NCBI RefSeq assembly: GCF_006345805.1
Contig: NC_042997.1
Coordinates: forward strand, 205,902,001-205,966,000
From: Octopus sinensis
Taxonomy: Eukaryota
Direction: 5' to 3'
Length of the DNA stretch: 64,000 bases
Position 1 is the stretch's first letter; each line of letters begins with the position of its first letter. Below the pieces are notes generated by a model. That model was given only the letters and a program-made list of their open reading frames with translations, had not been told where the DNA came from and did not search any database. Shown piece by piece: positions 50,301 to 60,273 of the stretch. The position numbers and the translations under genes were made by a program.

Positions 50301-52323
50301 GTTGATGTAATTGACTTAGCCACTCTCCTGAAATTGCTGGCCTTGTGCCAAAATTTGAAACCAAAATTTCAGTGATGTTTATGGTCAATAAAATAAGTAC
50401 CAGTTGAGCACTGGGGTTGATGTAATTGACTTAGCCACTCTCCTGAAATTGCTGGCCTTGTGCCAAAATTTGAAACGAAAATTTCAGTGATGTTTATGGT
50501 CAATAAAATAAGTACCAGTTGAGCACTGGGGTTGTTGTAATTGACTTAGCCACTCTCCTGAAATTGCTGGCATTGTGCCAAAATTTGAGACCAAAATTCC
50601 AGTGATGTTTATGGTCAATACAATAAGTACCAGTTAGGCACTGGGGTTGATGCAATTCACTTAGACACTCTCCTACATTGCTGGCCTTGTGCCAAAATTT
50701 GAAACAAACATTCCAGTGATGTTTATGGTCAATAAAATAAGTACCAGTTGTGCACTGGGGTTGATGTAATTGACTTAGCCACTCTCCTGAAATTGCTGGC
50801 CTTGTGCCAAGATTTGAAACAAACATTCCAGTGATGTTTATGGTCAATACAATAAGTACCAGTTGAGCACTGAATTGATGTAATTGACTTAGCCACTCTC
50901 CCGAAATTGCTGGCCTTGTGCCAAGATTTGAAACAAACATTCCAGTGATGTTTATGGTCAATAAAATAAGTACCAGTTGAGCCCTGGGGTTGATGTAATT
51001 GACTTAGCCACTCTCCTGAAATTGCTGGCCTTGTGCCAAGATTTGAAACAAACATTCCAGTGATGTTTATGGTCAATAAAATAAGTACCAGTTAAGCAAT
51101 GGGGTTGATGTAATTCACTTAGACACTCTCCTAAATTGCTGGCCTTGTGCCAAAATTTGAAACCAACATTCCAGTGATGTTTATGGTCAATACAATGAGT
51201 ACCAGTTGAGCACTGGGGTTGATGTAATTGACTTAGCCACTCTCCTGAAATTGCTGGCCTGGTGCCAAGATTTGAAACAAACATTCCAGTGATGTTTATG
51301 GTCAATAAAATAAATACCAGTTAAGCACTGGGGTTGATGTAATTCACTTAGACACTCTCCTAAATTGCTGGCCTTGTGCCAAAATTTGAAACAAACATTC
51401 CAGTGATGTTTATGGTCAATACAATAAGTACCAGTTGAGCACTGAATTGATGTAATTGACTTAGCCACTCTCCTGAAATTGCTGGCCTTGTGCCAAAATT
51501 TGAAACAAACATTCCAGTGATGTTTATGGTCAATAAAATAAGTACCAGTTGTGCACTGTGGTTGATGTAATTGACTTAGCCACTCTCCTGAAATTGCTGG
51601 TCTTGTGCCAAAATTTGAAACCAAAATTCCAGTGATGTTTATAGTCAATAAAATAAATACCAGTTAAGCACTGGGGTTGATGTAATTCACTTAGACACTC
51701 TCCTAAATTGCTGGCCTTGTGCCAAAATTTGAAACAAACATTCCAGTGATGTTTATGGTCAATACAATAAGTACCAGTTGAGCACTGAATTGATGTAATT
51801 GACTTAGCCACTCTCCTGAAATTGCTGGCCTTGTGCCAAAATTTGAAACAAACATTCCAGTGATGTTTATGGTCAATAAAATAAGTACCAGTTGTGCACT
51901 GTGGTTGATGTAATTGACTTAGCCACTCTCCTGAAATTGCTGGTCTTGTGCCAAAATTTGAAACCAAAATTCCAGTGATGTTTATGGTCAATAAAATAAG
52001 TACCAGTTGAGCACTGGGGTTGATGTAATTGACTTAGCCACTCTCCCGAAATTGCTGGCCTTGTGCCAAGATTTGAAACAAACATTCCAGTGATGTTTAT
52101 GGTCAGTAAAATAAGTACCAGTTGAGCACTGGGGTTGATGTAATTGACTTAGCCACTCTCCTGAAATTGCTGGCCTTGTGCCAAGATTTGAAACAAACAT
52201 TCCAGTGATGTTTATGGTCAGTAAAATAAGTACCAGTTGAGCACTGGGGTTGATATAATTGACTTAGCCACTCTCCTGAAATTGCTGGCCTTGTGCCAAA
52301 ATTGATACCAACATTCCAGTGAT
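47383..52323 (+). repeat. Tandem satellite, ~43 copies of a 113-115-bp unit derived from the SINE family A 3' part
   Basis: Unit attccagtgatgtttatggtcaataaaataagtaccagttgagcactggggttgatgtaattgacttagccactctcctgaaattgctggccttgtgccaaaatttgaaaccaaa. Array starts and ends with ATTCCAGTGAT. Confidence 0.97.
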
Positions 52324-52532
52324 ATTTCTAGTATTTTTATAATTAATAGAGATAGTGTTTACTTTGTATCAGTTAAATATTAATTATATTTTTCTGTTTG
52401 CTAATGTATTATAATAATAAGATATAACTTAATCTTGAAATACTTTTCTGTATTTACCCACTGAACTCCCCAGTTCACCTCTTTTTCCTCACTAACGAAA
52501 TGATTTTATCTTTTTACTTTTTCTTAATTTAG

Positions 52533-53950
52533 TTGTGCTGAACGTTTGTAGAATGCCACATCAATTGGAAGGTGTGAAGTTAGATGTTCAACCATTCTGG
52601 AAACCACCTGAAGAAAATATCATTTCAAAACAGCAAGTCCATGACTATTCACTACCTACCAAGTTCCATCTGAATTTTTTAAAGAAACATAGAACTGATT
52701 AATGACAAATTAAAGACTTTGGCTGATGTTCTTTGGGAAGATTCCAAGATTAATAAACTGAGATTTAAATATTCTGAAGAAAATTTTGAAGAAATTGAAC
52801 AGTGTTTGAAAGATTTATTAAATTCCATTACTGTTGAAACTATTGATGTTCCAGATGATATGTTTGAAGACATTGTTGGAACATTTGACAGTCAAGATGA
52901 GCGGAAGTATTTTTATTTTGATAACCGATATCATAAAGCTCATATTCTCGGATTCGATAAAAGTAACGTGATTAAAATGAAAAAGAGACTTTTGGATAAT
53001 CTTAGAACTAAATCTGCGGATGATTTAACTATTTATGAAAGACGTATTCTATCTGGTCTCGGATTCTTTGAGCAGGCAGAAGGACAATTTGAAGGTCTAA
53101 AAGTCACAGTTCATAGTAACAAAGTTGTTTTTGAAGGCCAGTTTTCCGAAATAGATATTTGTCAAAAGAAAATGTATAAAATTCTTAAGTCAATTGTTAA
53201 ATCTGAATTGTGTTTGCCTTTAAATACTGGAATGATCATAAATAAAAAACCAGTGAAAGAATATCTTGATGAAAAACTGAGAAACAAGAAATGTATCGGT
53301 TCATGGGAAACGGGTGATGGTGATTCAGTAATACTTTATGCAAGTGATAAAACACATCTTTCACTTCTGGAAGAAATCATGAAAGAAACTTTTGTTGCCA
53401 ATACACTGGATTTTGTAGACAAAATTAAGGATACTCCAAATCATGGAAAGTGGCTGACATTTGTTGAAAGTCTAAAAGAAGAGTTCCAGATTTCTGTTTT
53501 ATTGGAGAAAATTCTATTGTTGCTGTTGATGCTGTAGTTAATGATATAAAAAGCAAAATTGATAACTTTAAGCAAGGAATCGATGGATTCAGGGAAAAAA
53601 ATAAATTGAATAATGTGTTACACCTGGAAAGAACACAAGAGCAAATTAGGGGAACGGAAAGAGTTACAAGAAATTCCAGAAATGTTGAATCGTTTAAATC
53701 TCAAGAAACCCAGAAAGTGAAGAAGGAAAGAATTTCTTATGTGAAATGCAGAAGCAATCTGAGAGCATAATATCATTAAATTCAGATTTAGGAAGTGAAA
53801 CAGATGAAATAGTTAATGTTAAGTATAAGAACTGTGAAATAGTGTTGAAGGAAGGTGACATCACGACTCTGGACACAGATGCTATTGTTAATGCTGCAAA
53901 TGGCAGACTGGAACACAGGGGTGGGGTTGCAGCAGCCATTGTGAAGAAAG
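52533..53950 (+). pseudogene. PARP14: PARP14-like coding exon 4 (end of RRM, KH-like array, first half of macrodomain 1), frameshifted
   Basis: Acceptor ttcttaatttAG, donor AAAG|GTTAGT. Starts VVLNVCRMPHQLEGVKLDVQPFW, includes the 272-aa ORF 52719..53537, ends [33 protein letters not shown]. Length 1418 nt is not a multiple of 3. Stops at 52700 (entry frame) and 53535 force at least 3 frame changes. Confidence 0.8.
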
Positions 53951-53989
53951 GTTAGTAATACCATTTTTTATAGTTAATGTTCCTTTTTA

Positions 53990-54330
53990 GATCCATGTGT
54001 GGTTGAGAAGCTTGCTTCCTGACCTTGTGGTTTCAGGTTCAATTCCACTCACAGCATTTTGGACAAGTGTCTTCTGTTATAGGTCAATGGTTGGCCAAAG
54101 CCTTGGGAGTGGATTTCGTTGATAGAAACTGAAAGAAGCTCATCGTATATACATGCATACATACATATATATATATGTATGTGTGTGTGAGGGTGAGTAG
54201 CCAGGTGTTCACAGCACACGATGGTTGTAAATGAACATCACCATCACACAAGTGATGTTGTGTCATTTTCGGTCTTCCATGAAAAACATGTCTGACCATG
54301 GGGAAATATTCCCTCATTTGGAAACATGTG
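53990..54330 (+). mobile_element. SINE family C
   Basis: tgtgtggttgagaagcttgcttcc...ggttcaattccact...gatagaaactgaaagaagctc followed by TA/TG repeats. Confidence 0.75.
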
Positions 54331-55407
54331 GCAATTGGCTACAGGAAGGACGGGGTGATTTCTATTTGTGTAACACTCAGAGCTTATAGATTTGAGACAC
54401 TTGATCACTGACCAGTCCCCAAAATCTGGATAATTATAAATGATGTCATCAATGTTACAATCCATTTAAAGAAACTTATGTCTGATGCAATGCTGATCTC
54501 TTCTTCTGTTACACTCCATTCCACACCACTCGTTTCTCTTACAGTCTAAATTCTCCATCCCTTTTCATTTCAAACCATCCTTCACACCATCCACCTTTTA
54601 CATTCCCAGTGTCCCCGCAACATCTACCCACACACACACACACCTACTCTACACCGTTGAACTCATTACCCAACACCACACACCCACCAACATATTCAAA
54701 CAGCATGTACACACATCCACACGCACTCACTCCTTCTCCTCTTCCTTCGCCCACAATAGCACCCACCCACCCCTCATGCTACCCATCCACACGCTTATAA
54801 CAGCAACTATGTCATAACACACCTACACTTCCCAATACCTACCACTTTCCCCACCCATCTTCCACCAAACACCTCTATCCAGTTTCACACACTTAACACA
54901 CACACACACACAAGATATACACGCACACAATAGCTTCATAAGCCCACATGTATGAACACATAAACAGAAAACAAGGACTCACGCACACACATATACAGAC
55001 ACACAAATATACAGCTTATAATACACACATGTCATGCATTGATGTCCGTGCTCACACACCCATCGGTAACAGTTTCACAGTTATCCCCCTTGCCACTTAT
55101 GCCTTTAGCAACCTCTTCCTCCTCTGGTCATTTCAGCTTACAGTGACAGTCCAATTCAGACATGTTCGTTTTTTTTCTCTCTATATTTTATGTTCCATTT
55201 TCTGTTTTTCTTGAAGAAGAGTGTATGTTTGAAATGTAAATGACTTTTATATCTATTTTCCTTTCTTCACCTCATCTTCATGTTATTTATAATTTTGCAC
55301 TGAATATGTTGGTATGTCTGTATGTGTGTGTATATATATCTATGTACATACATACATACATATATACATACATACAGGTAATATATAATATGAATATTTT
55401 AAATGAT

Positions 55408-56040
55408 ATCATCATCATCATCATCATCATCTTTTAATGTCCGTTTTCCCTGCTCGCATGGATTGGACTATTTGACTGAGATCTGGAGAGCCAGTGACTG
55501 CACCAGGATTCAGTCTGATCTGGCAAAGTTTCTACAGCTGGATGCCCTTCCTAACACCAACCACCCCGAGAGTGTAGGGGGCACCTTATATGTTCCACTG
55601 GCACAGAAGCCAGTCAGACAGGCCTAGCATCGATCATGTTCAGACAGTGCCTTTTACGTCCCACCGGCACGGGCCAATCAGGGGGCACTGGCATTGGCGA
55701 TGTTCAGATGATGCTTCTTATGTGCCACCAGCACAGGGGCCAGTCAGTGGGTACCGGCATTGGCCATGTTTGGATGGTGCCTTTTGCATGCCACTGGCAT
55801 GGGAGCCAGTCAAGGGGTATTGGCATCGGACCTACTACAAGCACAACATCTGAAATTTGGGGGAGGGAATGAGTCGATGACATCGACCTCAGTGTTTCAC
55901 TGGTACTTAATTTATCGACTCTGAAAGCATAAAGGGTAAAGTGAACCTTGGCAGAATTTAAACTCAGAATGTAACAACAGACAAATTACTGCTAAGAATT
56001 TCATCCATCATGCTAATGATGCTGCCAGCTTGCTGCCTTA
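55408..56040 (-). mobile_element. SINE family B (55408-55850) adjoining SINE family A (55850-56040)
   Basis: RTE-type tail with internal tandem units, then reverse-complement family A core. Confidence 0.75.
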
Positions 56041-56047
56041 TAATATG

Positions 56048-56086
<39 letters not shown>

Positions 56087-56121
56087 TAAAAAATATATAT
56101 TTATTTATTATGATATATGTA

Positions 56122-56160
56122 CTAGCAATGCATCCTGGTGTTGCCCGGGTGTTATGATCT
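56122..56160 (-). mobile_element. Helitron-type 3' terminus (element extends rightward, 5' end undefined)
   Basis: Reverse complement cccgggcaacaccaggatgcattgCTAG|T parallels the 3' end at 20921-20948. Confidence 0.5.
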
Positions 56161-57403
56161 ACAGCCACATTGTATTATTTGTTCCTTTCTTATGGGACTG
56201 TTATATAGTGAACTGGATTACTGGTGTAATGAATGTTATCGTTTGTTTAAAAATAATGGTCGGGGAAGGTTACAATCTGCATGGGTTTGCATGAAAGTGC
56301 TCTCTGTTCTTAAGAAGGATCACAAACTATGTATTGTATCATTGTATAAAAGGAGGTTAATATGATTTTGCCCAGAAATCGCGTTTTCAGAATTTTAATC
56401 CCCCCCCCATCCCTACTGCACTTTCTTAATTTGTAACTTTTTTAATTTATTATTTTTTCATCCATGTAGAAAGATACAGAGATCATGAATCTGGGAAATC
56501 TGTTTTTTTTTAAAGTTTAATTTTTATCTTAAACATTCAATGCCCACCTCGCCCACCCATCACCTACCCACTTTCAAAAAAGCTAAAGACACCCAGTGTT
56601 TCACTTCTGTCTGATGTTTCATCCATGTGTAGAATTGTAAATGTAAAAAATATCAGACAACTACCAGAAAAACCAACATGCTAGAAACAACAGGTGAACA
56701 ACATTAAATTTCTCTGCTTTCTAAAATGCTAAAAGTGAAACATTGGGAGGTTGTAGGTTTTTGAAAGTAGTGAGATGATGGGTGGATGTTTGGGAAGGAG
56801 ATTTTAGTGTTTCTTTAAGCAAAAAGAAATTCTTAAAGATTCGTACTCTCTGTTTGCTTTGGCTATGGATTACCAAATAAAGAATTTCGAAAAAGTAAGA
56901 AATGAAGAAATTGTGTGGGAAGGGAGAAAATTAAAATACTGAGAACATATTTTTGGGTGAAAGACTAATTTCCTGTATTGAAAACTTAACAATTGGAAGA
57001 AATTTAAGAAAAAAAAAATCAGGTGGGGGTGGGGGACACAAATGTCACCATGGACATGCTAGAAACAACAGGTAAAGGATAGGATTTCTGGGAGAACTTC
57101 CTTTTAAGTACATATCAAAGATCAGGTTTTTAAATACAGTCATCACAAACACGAATTAACGAATAGAAAAAGGTGATTTCAACTGGATTTGAGCTGTAAT
57201 TTTGTGTGTGCACATAACAAGAAAAACATAATTCATAGAGAAGTGTTGCCTAGAGTGTGTGTGTGTGTGTGTGTGTGCCAAAGGAAGTTATTTTATGATA
57301 TTCTTTTGTTCGAAGCAGGAAAGTTGTCAATTCAATCCTATGGTCTACCATATGGAATCATATGATTGCTTGTTAATTTCCATAAATTTTTTTTATTTCT
57401 TTA

Positions 57404-57640
57404 TGCTTTGAAGAGAGGAGAAAGTGAAAAGGCAATGTTTGCTTTGAAGTGGGATTAGAAAGTGAAAAGGTGATATTTGCTTTGAAGTGTGAGCAGAAAG
57501 TGAGAGAGAGGCGAAAGTGAAAGATGTATGTATGTGTATGTGAAATGGATGTGTATTTATGTGTGCATGTGCATGAGAGAGTGAGTGAAGGCATGTGTTG
57601 TCATCTATCTATTTTTTGTTTGTGGCACTTACTTGCTCTT

Positions 57641-57674
<34 letters not shown>

Positions 57675-58630
57675 CTTTCATATATATGTACATATATACA
57701 TATGCATACTTCTTTTTTGTATGTGTATGTGCACGTGGGAGTGAAAGTGGGTGAATGTGTTTCCTCGTAACATGTACAGAAATGGATTGCTTTTAAGGTA
57801 CACACTCATACAGAAAATGTGACCATCACTATGGCATAAAATGTCATTTATGAAAGTTTACTTATCGAAAGATTATAAAGTTAATCTTTTTTTTTTTAAT
57901 CAAATATTTAACTGAAAATAAAGTTTATTTGTTGGCCAAAAGAGTACTGAATTCTTTTCAAATTGGCAACTCAGTTCTCAAATGCATTCGTTAATTTCTT
58001 TAAGAATTTTTTATCTCTTTATACTTTTAAAATAGCAGAAAATGAAAGAGAAAGTGGAGTGAAAAGGTGACATTTGCTTTGAAGTGAGAGCAGACAGTGA
58101 AAGATGTATGTACATATATATGAAATGGACATGTGTGTGTGTGTGTGTGCATGCATGCATGTGTGTGTGAAAGAGGGAGTGAGTGAGTGAATGTGTGTTT
58201 TGTCATGCATGTTTTTTTGCATGTATGTGTAAGTGGCACTCACTCGGTTTCTCTCTCTCTCTCTCACACATACATGTGTGCACACTCATTATCTTTCATA
58301 TAAACGTACATAAATACATATGCATACATCTTTTTTGTATATATGTGTGCATATTGCATGGGAGAAAGAGAGAGAGAGTGAGTGACTGTATTTCCCCATA
58401 ACCTATAGAGAAATGGATGTCTTTTGAGGTACACCACTCATATAGAAAATGTGACTTCATTGTCATTGTGGCATGAAATGTTTATGATAGTTGAGTTATA
58501 GAAAAGATTATCATGTCAAATTTTTGTAATGCAAATATGTAAATGAAAATAATGTTTATTTGGTAGCCAAAAGATTAGTGAATCATTTAATACCTCATAT
58601 GTCAAAATCAGCAACTTAGTTTTCAATTGT
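57404..58630. repeat. Old diverged tandem duplication (~620 bp x2) with a ~38-bp subrepeat containing GAAAGTGAAA
   Basis: 57410-57990 aligns by eye with 58040-58630. GAAAGTGAAA at 57420, 57458 and 57513. Confidence 0.65.
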
Positions 58631-58864
58631 ATATGGAACATATACACACACACACACACACACACAAACTCTCATTTAAATATAGATAGATATAAAACAT
58701 GTTATGTTAATATATCATTTTGGAGCCTGGTGCAGCCATCTGGCTCGCCAGTCCTCAGTCAAACTGTCCAACCCCTGCCAGCATGGAAAGTGGATGTGAA
58801 ACGACGATGATGATACGTATTATATATAAATATATTAAACAGGAACAATAGTTTTTCCCCCTGG

Positions 58865-59130
58865 CACGATGGAATCTGTTTTCTGTACATCTTATTGTAC
58901 CTGTGCATCTTCCACATGCAGAAGCTATTTTCCCTGTTGACCTTCCTCTGATATTGCTGCCCCTCTTATATGTCCATAGCTTACACCAGGTACATCTTAT
59001 GGAGTTTTTAGCAATGCCTTTTCTACAGATCCTGAAGGAATTTTTGATTTGTCTACCTTCCTACTTACTGAGAGTTTGGTTTTTGCTAGGTTTACTCTAA
59101 GGCCCTTTGATTCTAGACCTTGCTTCCGTA
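58865..59130 (-). mobile_element. RTE RT fragment
   Basis: Aligns by eye with 38570-38870 and 61260-61550. Confidence 0.75.
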
Positions 59131-59159
59131 CCTAGATATATTTATTATATTTATTATAT

Positions 59160-59690
59160 ATGCTGTGACTGAGAAGACCCGGCAAATAAAGTGAGATCAC
59201 AGCTGTAGCCTACACCAGTGTTGCATAACCAGCACACTCAAAAAGTACCTTGGATCGTAGGGCGACATGCCATGCTTGAGGAGACCTATTGAGTCAAGTA
59301 TATCAAAACCAAAATCAAATGGAAATTGTAATTGTGGCTGATGCCAGCGCCACCTGACTGGCTCCCTGTGCCAGTCACACGCAAAAAGCACCATCCGAAT
59401 ATGATTGATGCCAGCCACCTCGCTCTGACTGGCTCCTGTGCTGGTGGCACGTAAAAAGCACCATCCGAATGTGGCTGATGCCAGCACTGCCTTGACTGGC
59501 TCCTGTGTTGGTGGCACATAAAAAGCACCCGCTACACTCTCAGAATGGTTAGCGTTAGGAAGGGCATCCAGCTGTAGAAACATTGCCATGTCAGATTGTA
59601 GCCTGATGCGGCCTCTTGGCTTCCCAGACCCCGGTCGAACTGTCCAACCCATGCCAGCATGGAAAACGGACGTTAAATGATGATGATTAA
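59160..59690 (+). mobile_element. SINE family B, long copy
   Basis: Same head, tandem units and RTE-type tail as 35430-35930. Confidence 0.8.
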
Positions 59691-59742
59691 CATATATTAA
59701 CATGTATTAAACAGGAACATAAGAAGGCAAATATCTTTGCAG

Positions 59743-59991
59743 GTGGGTCTGAAATTCAAACTGAATCTAACAAAATTATGAAAGAAAGAAGGAGTGAACT
59801 GAAAACTGGAGAAGTAGTGTCAACTAATGCTGGTAAACTCAAATGCAAGACTATCATTCATGCTGTTGGACCCGTTTGGAATAATGGATGGAATCAGGAA
59901 ATGGATTACCTTTCAAGAGCTGTTCAAAATTGTTTGGCAGTTCTTGAAGAAAAGTCTTATACATCAATTGCAATTCCTGCCATCAGTACAG
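59743..59991 (+). CDS. PARP14: PARP14-like coding exon 5 (second half of macrodomain 1)
   Basis: ctttgcAG acceptor, G|GTAAGA donor, 249 nt (phase 1-1). GGSEIQTES...GEVVSTNAGKLKCKTIIHAVGPVW...SIAIPAISTG, canonical macrodomain motifs. Confidence 0.92.
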
Positions 59992-60059
59992 GTAAGAATT
60001 TACCATTTTAATTCTGTTCAAATTATTTGGTATAGAAATAAGAATTACAATATTCAAAT

Positions 60060-60270
60060 ATCTTCAGTTTGTTTCATTACTACTCTCTGTCCATGCTGGA
60101 GCAGCACTGCCTTGAAGAATTTTTAGTCAAGTGGATCAACCTCAGTACTTATTGTTTTAAAGTATGGTACTTATTCTATCAGTCTCTTTTGCTGAACCAC
60201 TAATTTACATGGACATAAACACACCAACACCAGTTATCAAGTGGTAGTGGGAACAAACACATGCATGTAT
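60060..60270 (+). mobile_element. SINE family D (strand given as read)
   Basis: ccatgctggagcagcactgcc..tacttattctatcagtctctttttgctgaaccactaa..aaacacaccaacacc. Confidence 0.7.
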
Positions 60271-60273
60271 ATA

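Noticed and set aside
47383-52323. About 25 minus-strand ORFs (MTINITG..., DHKHHW...) and a superficial CRISPR-like periodicity
   Set aside because: The 115-bp unit is not a multiple of 3, so the ORFs cycle through frames. There are no unique spacers and no cas genes, the context is eukaryotic, and the unit derives from a SINE.
52719-53537. 272-aa ORF as a stand-alone gene
   Set aside because: It starts at TTG and ends in an out-of-frame Leu run. It is the middle of the frameshifted PARP14-like exon.
52680-53720. Rescue of the broken exon by cephalopod A-to-I editing
   Set aside because: Editing changes bases but cannot repair indels, and the exon length (1418 nt) is out of phase.
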